Of a stretch of 64,000 nt of DNA, positions 38,121 through 47,155 are shown piece after piece (the first letter of the stretch is position 1; each line of letters begins with the position of its first letter). Under the pieces are notes generated by a model. It was not told the origin of the DNA. It worked only from the letters and a program-made list of their open reading frames with translations, and ran no database searches. The position numbers were made by a program, and so were the translations under genes. The DNA is taken from assembly GCA_965242695.1 (NCBI GenBank), contig CBDESU010000002.1:640001-704000 (forward strand). Reading direction: 5' to 3'. Source of the stretch: Cenarchaeum sp. Lineage in GTDB: Archaea > Thermoproteota > Nitrososphaeria > Nitrososphaerales > Nitrosopumilaceae.

Positions 38121-38682
38121 TCAGCGGGGAATGCACATCGCCGGCATCTTTGGCCCGTCGGCGTCCGTGCGCGACAGCGACACAAGCGTTCCGATCGACG
38201 CCTCGGCTGCCGCCGCCTTGGCCGTGGCGGCAGGCGCGCCGTCCGCCCCGTCGGCGCCGTCCGCCCCGTCGGCGCCTGCCGGGGCGCGCGGCTGCGAGGT
38301 CACGACCGTGGGCGCCTTGGAGGGCAGAGAGCCGCTGCCGCTACCGGCGGCGGCAGGGACGCCGAGTGCGGCCGCCCCGTCGCCTACTGCCCGCGCCGAT
38401 CCGCACGCGATCGCGCTTGCCGTGGTGCTAGACGCCGAGTGCGGCCGCCCCGTCGCCTACTGCCCGGGTCGCGTTGTCGACCGCCCCGCCCACGGCCCGG
38501 GTCGCGTTGTCGACCACTCCGCCGACCGCCCCCTGCGCCTGCGCCCCGATGCTGGACACGTCGGACGCGACCGAGCCGATGATCTCGCCGGGATCGGGGA
38601 ACAGCGATGCCGTCTGCGGCAGGAAGAGCGCCACGAGGATGGCGACCGCCGCCACGCCGGCGCCGATGATTATCAGTCCCAT
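38121..38682 (-). pseudogene. membrane-anchored low-complexity protein gene apparently split by a 73-bp duplication/insertion (5' ORF 38428..38682, 84 aa)
   Basis: N-terminal TM; 36-bp direct repeat at 38358 and 38431; the downstream frame repeats AVGDGAAALGV and stays open to 38121. Confidence 0.5.
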
Positions 38683-38707
38683 GCCACCTGCCGGCGGCCG
38701 CGAGTAT

Positions 38708-39208
38708 CTAGGGGGCGGGTGAAATCTTTGCGCGCGCAGCTCTAATTTTGTTGAGCTGGCCCGGCGCCAGCCAGTCGATGACCTCTTCGATGCCCGGCGA
38801 GCTGACGGTAACGCGGATGGGGCCAAGCGGCGACTCGTCGGCCTCGGCGCACAGCGCGACGCGCCCCGCGGCGGCCGCCTGCTTGTTGAGGTAGAACCAC
38901 GTGCTGCCTCCCGCCGAACCGCCCTCGCCGCATTCCATGTTCCGCAGCATGCAGCGCAGGTACGCGGCCTGGCTCGACCTGGAGCGGACGGTCTCGGCGA
39001 TGCGCGAGAGGCATCCTAGGCCGCTCGCCGACGCCTCGGCCCTGCCCGCCCCCGCGCCGGCGGCGGACTCGTCGACCCGCACCGACGCGCCGGGGACGAC
39101 CTCGGACAGGGCGGCGGCCACCGCCTGCGCATCCTCCGAGGGGCGCACCTCGCACTCTGCCACAACCGAGCAGGGCACGCCCTGGGGGAGAGCAACAGAG
39201 GGGGTCAT
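38708..39208 (-). CDS. UPF0201/DUF54 RNA-binding-domain protein
   Basis: EVRPSED...FYLNKQAAAAG.V..C...ESPLGPI.V...IDWL. Confidence 0.85.
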   Translation of the reverse strand: MTPSVALPQGVPCSVVAECEVRPSEDAQAVAAALSEVVPGASVRVDESAAGAGAGRAEASASGLGCLSRIAETVRSRSSQAAYLRCMLRNMECGEGGSAGGSTWFYLNKQAAAAGRVALCAEADESPLGPIRVTVSSPGIEEVIDWLAPGQLNKIRAARAKISPAP

Positions 39209-39822
39209 CGCCGGCCGCCGTCTCCCGCCTCTCCGCCCTCGCCTTCGCCGCCGGCCTCCTCGGCCGCCCACCGCGCTATGATCGAGGCGGCGCGGCCGAC
39301 GAGCGCGTCGATGCCGCCCGAGTTGTTCGACAGCGACTCGTCGGCCATTGCTATCGAGCCGCTTATGCCGATGCCGAGCTCGCGCCGGTCGCGCTCGTCG
39401 AACCTGTCCCGGTCGGCAGAGTCGTCGGACCGGCCGCGCCGGCCCAGGAACCCGAACCGCGTCTCGGCCGACGCATGCACGGACAGTATGCGGACGCGGC
39501 CGAGCGACCTAAAGTGGTCGATCTCGGCGTTTGAGCGTATGCCGTCGACGACCACCGTGTGGCCCGGCGGGGCCGCCTCGACGCTCGGGCCGACCAGCCT
39601 AGCGATCGCGCCGGGGCCGCCGCTCTCGCGCAGCTCGACCATCAGGGAGCCGAGGTTGGCCGCGGTCGGCTCTAGGCCCCTCCTGCCAGCCTCGGCCCGC
39701 ACCGCATCGCCCATGTTGACAAGCGTGTGGCCGCCGAGCCTGCGCAGGCCGCCGGCGATCGTCGACTTGCCGGCGCCCGGCATGCCGGTCAGGCACACGA
39801 TCAGCCTGTCCCCCGCGCCCAC
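39205..39822 (-). CDS. UPF0200 dephospho-CoA kinase-like NMP kinase
   Basis: LTGMPGAGKST, VVDGIRS, RGRSDD, RDRREL. Confidence 0.88.
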   Translation of the reverse strand: MGAGDRLIVCLTGMPGAGKSTIAGGLRRLGGHTLVNMGDAVRAEAGRRGLEPTAANLGSLMVELRESGGPGAIARLVGPSVEAAPPGHTVVVDGIRSNAEIDHFRSLGRVRILSVHASAETRFGFLGRRGRSDDSADRDRFDERDRRELGIGISGSIAMADESLSNNSGGIDALVGRAASIIARWAAEEAGGEGEGGEAGDGGRR

Positions 39823-39896
39823 GCCGCGCCGCCCCGCACGGTTTCTATCAACCTAGCGGAGACTTTATAACATAGGGGCCGGGTTTATCGGCAACG

Positions 39897-40499
39897 ATGA
39901 GGGCCTTCGTGTGCGTGGACGTGACCGATGCGGCCGTCCTGGCGGCAGTCGGCAGGGCGCAGCAGCGGCTGCGCGACGAGGCCGGCGCGCGGCCCGTGGG
40001 GCCGGCCCCGATCCACTTTACCCTCGCCTTCCTCGGCGACGTGCCGGACGAGGGGGAGGGAGGAGGGGGGAGGATAGCAGCGGCCCTCGCCTCGATCAGG
40101 TTCAAGGCGTTCAGCGCCGCGGTCGTCGGCGTCGGCGCGTTCCCGAGCGCCCGCAGGCCGCGGGCGGTATGGGTCGGCGCCGATGCCGAGGAGGGCGGCA
40201 GGGGGCTGGCCGAACTGGCCGCGTCCGTCGCCGGCGCGCTAGGGCCGCTCGGTCCCGCGGCCGGCAAGGCCGGGGGAGGGGGCGGCAGGCCGTTCAGGCC
40301 GCATGCCACCATATGCCGCATGGCCGGGGCCCGGGAGGGCGCGCAGGAAAAGGCCGCCGCGGCAGGGCCGATCATCGAGTCGCTAAGATCCGAGCGGTTC
40401 GGCACGCAGCGCGTCGGCTCGTTCAAGCTAAAGAAGAGCGTCCTAGCGCCGGGCGGCGCCGTCCACACCGACGTCTCCGAGGTGGTGGCCTCACCATGA
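39897..40499 (+). CDS. thpR: RNA 2',3'-cyclic phosphodiesterase (2H phosphoesterase)
   Basis: HFTLAFLG and PHATI motifs. Confidence 0.9.
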   Translation: MRAFVCVDVTDAAVLAAVGRAQQRLRDEAGARPVGPAPIHFTLAFLGDVPDEGEGGGGRIAAALASIRFKAFSAAVVGVGAFPSARRPRAVWVGADAEEGGRGLAELAASVAGALGPLGPAAGKAGGGGGRPFRPHATICRMAGAREGAQEKAAAAGPIIESLRSERFGTQRVGSFKLKKSVLAPGGAVHTDVSEVVASP

Positions 40500-41848
40500 A
40501 CAAGTCGAGCGTGGCCGGCGTCGCGCGCAGGGCCCTCGGCAAGGCCTCGCCGTCGGCCAAGGAGCAGCGCATCATGGACGACGTGGCAAGCTCGGCGCTA
40601 GACCTGATACGAAACAAGGCCAAGATGTATCCGGATATAGTAGACGTCGAGCTCGGCGGTTCGTACATCAAGGGCACGTGGATACCCGGCGCCGATGCGG
40701 ACATCGACGTGTTCATCCGGTTCAAGGAGGAGACGGGGTCAGAGGCGTTCGCCGACACGGCCCTCGTAATCGGCGGCGAGGCCCTCTCCGACTATGATCC
40801 GTACACGCGATTCTCCGAGCACCCGTACGTCGAGTGCAGGGTCCGCGGAATCAGGGTCAACGCGGTCCCCTGCTACGCCGTCCCAAGGGGCAAGTGGAAG
40901 AGCGCGGCGGACCGCTCGCACTACCACACCGAGTTCATGCGCGAAAGGCTCACGTCGGCGACCAGAAAGGGCGCGAGGCTCCTAAAGCTGCTCCTCAAGA
41001 GCAACAGGCTGTACGGCGCGCAGATAGCCATGCAGGGGCTGAGCGGGTACGCGGCCGAGTCGCTCGTCCTGCACTACAACGGCTTTGAGGAGACGGTCCG
41101 CGCGCTCGCCGGCGTAGAGCCCGGGCAGGTCATCGGAACGGCGTCGAAAAAGTTCGACACCCCCATCGCGATAGCCGACCCGATAGACCCCGCGCGCAAC
41201 CTCGCCGCGTCGGCGTCCGTCGAGAACATCGGCAGGCTCGTCCTGCTGTGCAGGTCGTTCCTGAGGGCGCCGGCCGTCTCGTACTTTGCCCCGCCCGAGC
41301 CGAAGCGCAACGACGCCCTCATCGGCAACTGCGTGGCCGTCTCGTTCAGCTACTCGGAGCGCAGCCCCGACGTCGTGTGGGGGCAGCTAAAGTCGGCCGC
41401 GCGGGCCGTGGCCGAGCAGCTCGGCAGGGCCGGGTTCCAGGTCGTCCGGTACGACGCGCACACGGACGAGGCCGGCGCGGCCGAGCTGCTGTTCATGCTA
41501 GGCGCCACGACCATACCCGAGTACCACCTCAGGGAGGGGCCGTGGTTCTTCAGCACGCCCGAGGCCGAGCAGTTCGTCGGCAAGAACGTGAGGGACTCGC
41601 CGTTCATGTGGATAGGCCCGAACGCGCGCATCAGGGTCATGGAGAGGCGCCGGCACCCCGGCGTCGCCTCGTTCCTCGAGGACCTGCTCGGGAGGCTCGT
41701 CGACGAGTCCGGCGTGCCGTCCGGCCTCGCCCCCGACCTCAGGGCCGGCTTTGAGATCACCGTCGGCGGGCGCGGCACGTCAAAGGCGGTCAAGAGGCAG
41801 CTGATGGAGCTGATCTCTACCGATGCGGCGGTATTTCCGCCGGGCTGA
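40496..41848 (+). CDS. cca: archaeal CCA-adding enzyme
   Basis: GGSYIKGTW..DADIDVF, EHPYV, SAADRS, SGY..E, DPIDP.RNLAA; ATG overlaps the thpR stop. Confidence 0.92.
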   Translation: MNKSSVAGVARRALGKASPSAKEQRIMDDVASSALDLIRNKAKMYPDIVDVELGGSYIKGTWIPGADADIDVFIRFKEETGSEAFADTALVIGGEALSDYDPYTRFSEHPYVECRVRGIRVNAVPCYAVPRGKWKSAADRSHYHTEFMRERLTSATRKGARLLKLLLKSNRLYGAQIAMQGLSGYAAESLVLHYNGFEETVRALAGVEPGQVIGTASKKFDTPIAIADPIDPARNLAASASVENIGRLVLLCRSFLRAPAVSYFAPPEPKRNDALIGNCVAVSFSYSERSPDVVWGQLKSAARAVAEQLGRAGFQVVRYDAHTDEAGAAELLFMLGATTIPEYHLREGPWFFSTPEAEQFVGKNVRDSPFMWIGPNARIRVMERRRHPGVASFLEDLLGRLVDESGVPSGLAPDLRAGFEITVGGRGTSKAVKRQLMELISTDAAVFPPG

Positions 41849-42632
41849 CGAGCTGCGGGGGCCCCCGTACTCGGGGCTCGTCGCGTACCCGGGGCGCGCC
41901 GGCGGCCGCGGCGCTGCCCGGCGCGTAGTCGAGCAGCGCCTGGCAGAGATGGAGAGGCTCGGCATTACTGGGGTGTCGTTCGAGGGGCCGACCGAGATAT
42001 GCGGCGTGCGGCTTCTCGGCAGGGGCCACACCGGTATAGTCGTGCTCGCCTCGCGCGGGCGCGGCAGGGCCGCGGCCGCCCTCAAGATGCGGCGCACCGA
42101 CTCGCCGCGCGCTTCCATGGCGCGGGAGGCGCGCCTGCTCGCCGCGGCCAACGAGGCGGGGGCCGGGCCGCTCCTGTTCGGGCACACGCGCAACCTGCTG
42201 GCCATGGAGCACCTCGACGGGACGACGATCGAGCGGTGGATCGGCGGCGGGGTCGAAGAGGCCGAGGCCAAGGCCGTCGCGCGTATGGTCCTCGAGGACT
42301 GCTACCGCCTGGACGAGCGCGGCCTGGACCACGGCGAGCTTAGCAACATAGCGCGGCACGTCGTCGTCGCGCCTAGGCGGCGCGGCGGGCGGGGAAGGGG
42401 CGGCATCGACGCATGCATTGTCGACTTTGAGGGCGCAAGCGACGGCAGGCGCGCTTCCAACGTGACGTCGGCCGCCCAGAGCATGTTCATCGGCTCGGCA
42501 GTGGCTAGGGGAATGGCCAGGGCCTACGCCGTCCCCCCAAGGGACGAGATCATCGGGGCGCTCCGGGCGTACAAGCGCGAGGGGGGGCCGGACAGCTTTG
42601 GCAGGCTGCTCGGCCTGCTCGGCCTGCTATGA
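41823..42632 (+). CDS. RIO-type Ser/Thr protein kinase
   Basis: LGRGHTGIV, ALKMRRTDS, DHGELS, IVDFE. Confidence 0.85.
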   Translation: MRRYFRRADELRGPPYSGLVAYPGRAGGRGAARRVVEQRLAEMERLGITGVSFEGPTEICGVRLLGRGHTGIVVLASRGRGRAAAALKMRRTDSPRASMAREARLLAAANEAGAGPLLFGHTRNLLAMEHLDGTTIERWIGGGVEEAEAKAVARMVLEDCYRLDERGLDHGELSNIARHVVVAPRRRGGRGRGGIDACIVDFEGASDGRRASNVTSAAQSMFIGSAVARGMARAYAVPPRDEIIGALRAYKREGGPDSFGRLLGLLGLL

Positions 42633-43291
42633 AGCGCGCCGGCGGGGGCGGGGCCCCCGAAGAGGAAGGGGCGGCGGGGCGGACCGTAGATGCAGAGGCC
42701 ATCGACCACCTCTGCATGGACCCAAGGCTCGAGGCCGTCATCAGGGAGGTCGGCGAGTACGCAATCGAGCCGCCCGGCGACAGGTACGAGTCGCTCGTCG
42801 AGCTGATCATCACGCAGCAGCTCTCCGGCAAGGCGGCCGGCGCCATCACGGCCCGGCTCAGGGCCGCGTACGGCGGCGCGCTCCCCTCGCCGGCCGACAT
42901 TCTGGCCGCCTCCGACGAGGACCTCAGGGCCACGGGAATGTCGAGGATGAAGGCGTCGTACCTAAGGGACCTGGCCGAGAGGGTCGCATCCGGGCGGCTC
43001 CGGCTCGGCGAGCTCGACGGCCTGTCCGACGAGGAGGCCATCGCGAGGCTCTCCGAGGTCAGGGGGGTCGGCAGGTGGACTGCCGAGATATTCCTGATAT
43101 TCACGATGGGCCGGCTCGACGTGCTGCCCGCCGGCGACCTGTGGTTCAGGAAGGGGATCAAGGAGGCGTACTCGACGCGGCTCATACCAAACGAGGAAGA
43201 GGCGGCGCGCATTGCGGAGCGGTGGAGGCCGTACAGGTCGGTCGCGGCGTGGTACCTGTGGAAGTACCAGCCCGGCTTTGACAAGGTGTGA
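42629..43291 (+). CDS. DNA-3-methyladenine glycosylase II (AlkA/HhH-GPD family), copy 1
   Basis: IITQQLSGKAA, VRGVGRWTAE, DVLPAGD, WRPYRS. Confidence 0.92.
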   Translation: MKRAGGGGAPEEEGAAGRTVDAEAIDHLCMDPRLEAVIREVGEYAIEPPGDRYESLVELIITQQLSGKAAGAITARLRAAYGGALPSPADILAASDEDLRATGMSRMKASYLRDLAERVASGRLRLGELDGLSDEEAIARLSEVRGVGRWTAEIFLIFTMGRLDVLPAGDLWFRKGIKEAYSTRLIPNEEEAARIAERWRPYRSVAAWYLWKYQPGFDKV

Positions 43292-43352
43292 CCGCGCAGG
43301 CGGGAGGGCGTGCCCTAGCAGCTGTTATAGAGAGCCGCGCGGCCCGGGCCGC

Positions 43353-44444
43353 GTGCAGCGGCAGGGGCGCGGCGGAGGCGCAGGGGCTCTGGCAAAAAAG
43401 GAGGCCGGCAGGGGGCGCGGGAACGCAAGGTCTCCGTTCGGCGGCAAGGAGGCCGGCAGGAAGCGCAAGGCATCGCCGGGCGCTGCGGCGGCAAGGGCGG
43501 CGAAGGCCAAGCCGAAGGCCGGGCGCAAGGCATCGCCGGGCGCTGCGGCGGCGAAGGCCAAGCCGAAGGCCGGGCGCAAGGCATCGCCGGGCGCTGCGGC
43601 GGCGAAGGCCAAGCCGAAGGCCGGGCGCAAGGCATCGCCGGGCGCTGCGGCGGCGAAGGCCAAGCCGAAGGCCGGGCGCAAGGCATCGCCGGGCGCTGCG
43701 GCGGCGAAGGCCAAGCCGAAGGCCGGGCGCAAGGCATCGCCGGGCGCAAGGCAGGGCGGGAGACGCGGCGGAAAGGCCCCCGGCAGGACAGCAGGGGCGG
43801 CCGGCAGGGGGCGCAAGCCAAAGCGCCCGGACAGGCTGCCGATCCGCACCGAGATCATCGACCACCTGTGCACCGACCCAAGGCTAGAGGCGGCCGTCCG
43901 AGAGGTCGGCGAGTACGACATCAGGCTCGACTCGGACAAGTACGAGTCGCTCGTGCAGGCGATCATCACGCAGCAGCTCTCCGGCAAGGCGTCCGGCGCC
44001 ATCACGGCCCGGCTCAAGGCAATGTACGGCGGCGCGCTTCCCTCCCCGGCCGACGTCCTGGCCACCTCCGACGAGGACCTCAGGGCGGCCGGCCTGTCTC
44101 GCGGCAAGGTCTCGTACATCAAGGGCATCTCGGAGCTCGTCGAGTCCGGCGGCCTGGACCTGGACTCGCTCGAGAATATGTCCGACGACGACGTCGTTGC
44201 GACGCTCACCGCGGTGAAGGGGATCGGCAGGTGGACGGCCGAGATGTTCCTCATATTCACGCTAGGCCGGCTCGACGTCCTGCCCGTCGGCGACCTGGGC
44301 CTCCGCAAGGGAATCAAGATGGTGTACTCGACCAGGACGCTTCCGACAGCGGCCGAGGCGACGCGCATTGCCGAGCGGTGGAGGCCGTACAGGACCGTCG
44401 CGACCTGGTACCTGTGGAAGTACCAGCACATGCTCGACAGGTGA
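43353..44444 (+). CDS. DNA-3-methyladenine glycosylase II, copy 2, with Lys/Ala/Pro-rich repeat N-terminus
   Basis: Same HhH-GPD motifs; in-frame RKASPGAAAAKAKPKAG repeats; GTG about 28 bp after TTATAGA; start uncertain. Confidence 0.85.
   Translation: MQRQGRGGGAGALAKKEAGRGRGNARSPFGGKEAGRKRKASPGAAAARAAKAKPKAGRKASPGAAAAKAKPKAGRKASPGAAAAKAKPKAGRKASPGAAAAKAKPKAGRKASPGAAAAKAKPKAGRKASPGARQGGRRGGKAPGRTAGAAGRGRKPKRPDRLPIRTEIIDHLCTDPRLEAAVREVGEYDIRLDSDKYESLVQAIITQQLSGKASGAITARLKAMYGGALPSPADVLATSDEDLRAAGLSRGKVSYIKGISELVESGGLDLDSLENMSDDDVVATLTAVKGIGRWTAEMFLIFTLGRLDVLPVGDLGLRKGIKMVYSTRTLPTAAEATRIAERWRPYRTVATWYLWKYQHMLDR
43463..43747 (+). repeat. 51-bp coding tandem repeat (first unit 60 bp), six RKASPG copies
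   Basis: GCGCAAGGCATCGCCGGGCGC at 43463, 43523, 43574, 43625, 43676, 43727. Confidence 0.92.
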
Positions 44445-44476
44445 GCGGGGGCCGCGCCGGCGCGGCGCGCGCAGCC

Positions 44477-45025
44477 CTAGCGGCCGCCGCCGCCCCCGCC
44501 GGAAGCGCGCCCTCCGCCCGCGACGAGGTCGTACAGGCCGTACTTTTGCTGCAGGGCGGCCCGGCGGCGGGCGATGGACGGCCCCTGCGGGGAACCTCCG
44601 CCCTCGTCGCCGGCGCCCGCCATGAGCATGGCTATGTCGTAGCAGTGCAGGCGTAGGCGGAGGCTGTTGATGCGGTCAAGCGGCTTGTGGTGCATTACGT
44701 CGTTTCGCAGCGACAGGATGATTCTCATCTTGTGCTGGAAGACCGGCTTGTCGTGGAACACGGGCCCAAAGACCTCCCGCCAGTTGTCGCGGCGCGCGAT
44801 AATCTTCTCGTACGCGTCGAACCCGAGATAGTCCGCCTCTGCATGGTCCGGCTTGCCGAGGACCCTGTTGAGGGTCCTTGTCGACGCATGCCGCGCGGCG
44901 GCGCTCTGCCTCAGGGCTGCCGGCACGCGCGACTCCCACCAGTCGCCGTGGGCCGCGGAGAGCCGGGCTACTACGAACTCCCTGATCGACTTTTCAAACC
45001 GCGCGACCACCGCCGCATCGTCCAT
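44477..45025 (-). CDS. Swt1-like HEPN domain protein
   Basis: E..IR.FV...L....G.WW..RVP, DYL.F..Y.KII...NW..F, LRNDVMH (RxxxxH). Confidence 0.8.
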   Translation of the reverse strand: MDDAAVVARFEKSIREFVVARLSAAHGDWWESRVPAALRQSAAARHASTRTLNRVLGKPDHAEADYLGFDAYEKIIARRDNWREVFGPVFHDKPVFQHKMRIILSLRNDVMHHKPLDRINSLRLRLHCYDIAMLMAGAGDEGGGSPQGPSIARRRAALQQKYGLYDLVAGGGRASGGGGGGR

Positions 45026-45224
45026 GCGGCGGCGGAGGACGGCCGGCCTTTAAGTGCACAATGGAGGCGCGGGAGGCGTATCCCGGGAGCGCCGGCACGG
45101 GGGCCGCAGGGGCGGGCAGGGGGCCGCAGGGGCGGGCAGGGGGCCAGGGCAGCCCCGAACGGGCGGGCCCGAAGAGCGGGTGCCGGGTTTCGTCCCCGGC
45201 AGGCAGCCGCTGCCGCTACTGCGA

Positions 45225-45314
45225 CTAGCGGCCGTCCGCGCCGCCGTCCTCGTCGGCCGACTCTCTGACCTTTTTCATGACGCAGTATTTCTTGAGGCGG
45301 TTGCGTAGTCCCAT
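45225..45314 (-). CDS. putative small protein (29 aa, MGLRNRLKKYCVMKKVRESADEDGGADGR)
   Basis: CTTATATC TATA-like box about 25 bp upstream of the ATG. Confidence 0.4.
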   Translation of the reverse strand: MGLRNRLKKYCVMKKVRESADEDGGADGR

Positions 45315-45375
45315 GCGGCCCGGCGGCGGCGGCCCGATATAAGCGTATTCGGCCCCCGCGGACGGCTGTTGATAA

Positions 45376-45453
45376 TGGTGGGACCGGCAGGATTTGAACC
45401 TGCGACCTCTAGCACCCCAGGCTAGCATCATAACCAAGCTAGACGACGGCCCC
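45376..45453 (-). tRNA. tRNA-Pro(GGG), encoded CCA, no intron
   Basis: Acceptor GGGGCCG/CGGTCCC-ACCA, anticodon stem CTAGC/GCTAG with loop CTGGGGT, T-arm GGTTCAAATCC. Confidence 0.96.
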
Positions 45454-45506
45454 GCGGACGGGGCAAACCGGGGCAAATTATTAAACCGTTAGGTTGGCGG
45501 CTGCGC

Positions 45507-45800
45507 ATGGACGGCGGCGGAGGCGGCATCGCAACGTGCTCGGTATGCGGCAGGATATCGGCGTCCGGCGGCGACCACCTGGACTGCGCCGAGATGCGGC
45601 GCGCCAGGCTCGAGGACGAAAGGATCGGGGCGGCCGCGCGCAACGAGCTGTTTGGCCCGGACGGCGGAAGCCGTGCAGACGGGGCGGATCTTGCCGTCGA
45701 GATGCGGGCCGTGCTGGACCACATCGGCGGCGGCGAAGGCGGGGCAGGCGCGGGGCAGGCGCCTGCGCGGCGCCCTAGCGCTCCTGAACGGTCGGCCTGA
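45507..45800 (+). CDS. small hypothetical protein with Cys/His motif
   Basis: CSVCG...DHLDC; TTATTAAA about 25 bp upstream. Confidence 0.6.
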   Translation: MDGGGGGIATCSVCGRISASGGDHLDCAEMRRARLEDERIGAAARNELFGPDGGSRADGADLAVEMRAVLDHIGGGEGGAGAGQAPARRPSAPERSA

Positions 45801-46515
45801 CGAGGACCTCGTTGACGCTTACGTGGTCGGGCTGCTCGACTGCGTACAGGACGGCGCGCGCAATGTCGTCTGCCTGCAGGGCGGCCATCTTCTTGGCCCC
45901 CTCCACAAACGCATGGAGCGACTCGTCCGTGATCGTGTCGGTCAGGTCGGTGGCGACCACGCCGGGCTCGATCGACGTGACCCTGACCCCTGAGCGCGCG
46001 CTCAGCTCTTGGCGCAGGCCCTCGGTAAAGGCGGTGACCGCGTGCTTGGTCGCGCAGTACACGCTGCCGGCCGGAAAGACGATCCTGCCGGCGACCGACG
46101 ACATGTTGACGATGTGGCCCGAGCCGCGCTCGCGCATGTGCCCGACGACGGCGGCCGTGCAGTGCAGCACCCCCTTTACGTTGACGTCGATCATCCTGTC
46201 CCACTCGTCCACCTTGAGGTTCTTGACAAAGCTCAGCGGCATGATGCCGGCGTTGTTGACCAGTATGTCGATGCGGCCCCACTTGTCGAGCGCCGCGGCC
46301 GCAAAGGCGTCGCACTGGGCCCTGTCGGCCACGTCGAGCCTGCACGCGATGGCCTCGCCGCCTGCCGACTCGATCTCGGACACGAGGGACTCTAGGAGGT
46401 CGGTGCGCCGCGCCCCGGCGGCCACCCTTGCGCCGGCGCGCGCCAGGGACGCGGCCGTGGCCCTGCCGATGCCGCCGCTTGCACCCGTCACAAGGGCAAC
46501 CTTGCCTTCCAGCAC
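45775..46515 (-). CDS. short-chain dehydrogenase/reductase
   Basis: TGASGGIG, NNAG, YCATK. Confidence 0.93.
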   Translation of the reverse strand: MLEGKVALVTGASGGIGRATAASLARAGARVAAGARRTDLLESLVSEIESAGGEAIACRLDVADRAQCDAFAAAALDKWGRIDILVNNAGIMPLSFVKNLKVDEWDRMIDVNVKGVLHCTAAVVGHMRERGSGHIVNMSSVAGRIVFPAGSVYCATKHAVTAFTEGLRQELSARSGVRVTSIEPGVVATDLTDTITDESLHAFVEGAKKMAALQADDIARAVLYAVEQPDHVSVNEVLVRPTVQER

Positions 46516-46606
46516 GGCGCGGCCCCCCGCCGGCCGTGTAAAAACCCTCCGGGCCGGCCCCTGGCCTCCCAACCTTTTATTATACGACCCTTCCTAACGG
46601 AGGGCC

Positions 46607-46831
46607 GTGAAGACCGAAAAGTGCGCCTACTGCGGCGACATGACGGACATGCCGTTTGAGTGCAGCTATTGCAGGGATCCGTTCTGCGCCGAGCACCGGC
46701 TTCCCGAGGAGCACCGGTGCGTAAAGCTCACCCAGATCAGGTCCAGCAAGTTCGGGCAGAGGGGCGTCATCAGGGACGGCAACAGGGGCAGGCCCAGCCT
46801 GCTGCGGAGAATGTTCGGGCGGGGCGGCTGA
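46607..46831 (+). CDS. AN1-type zinc finger protein
   Basis: CAYC...PFECSYC...FCAEHRLPEEH.C. Confidence 0.9.
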   Translation: MKTEKCAYCGDMTDMPFECSYCRDPFCAEHRLPEEHRCVKLTQIRSSKFGQRGVIRDGNRGRPSLLRRMFGRGG

Positions 46832-46852
46832 GCCGGGGGCCGGACAGGGCCG

Positions 46853-47128
46853 TCAGTACTCCTGCTTGGAGGGGTCCAGCCAGACGCGCCGGGCCTGGTA
46901 GAAGAGGGCCGCCGCCAGGGCAAGCAGCACTATGGACGTGAGCCAGTGCGCCGTAATCATGGTCACGTACGCGACGGCAAAGCCTGCCGAGGCGAGGCCC
47001 TGCGCGAAGAGCTTTGCCCACGACGGGAACCGGATGATCCTGTACGCCACCTCGACGGCGAGCAGGCCCGCCGCGGGGTACACCGTGAGCAGCAGAAAGT
47101 CGATGACATCTACGTCAAGATGCGACAT
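46853..47128 (-). CDS. small three-TM membrane protein
   Basis: Hydrophobic 91-aa ORF in operon context. Confidence 0.7.
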   Translation of the reverse strand: MSHLDVDVIDFLLLTVYPAAGLLAVEVAYRIIRFPSWAKLFAQGLASAGFAVAYVTMITAHWLTSIVLLALAAALFYQARRVWLDPSKQEY

Positions 47129-47155
47129 GCAGGCGCGCCTCCCTGTACGGCCCCG

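Noticed and set aside
39911-40495. Extended or fused CCA enzyme
   Set aside because: This is an alternative frame over thpR; the likely start is 40496
44400-45453. Integrative element at tRNA-Pro
   Set aside because: No integrase and no duplicated tRNA 3' end noticed in the window
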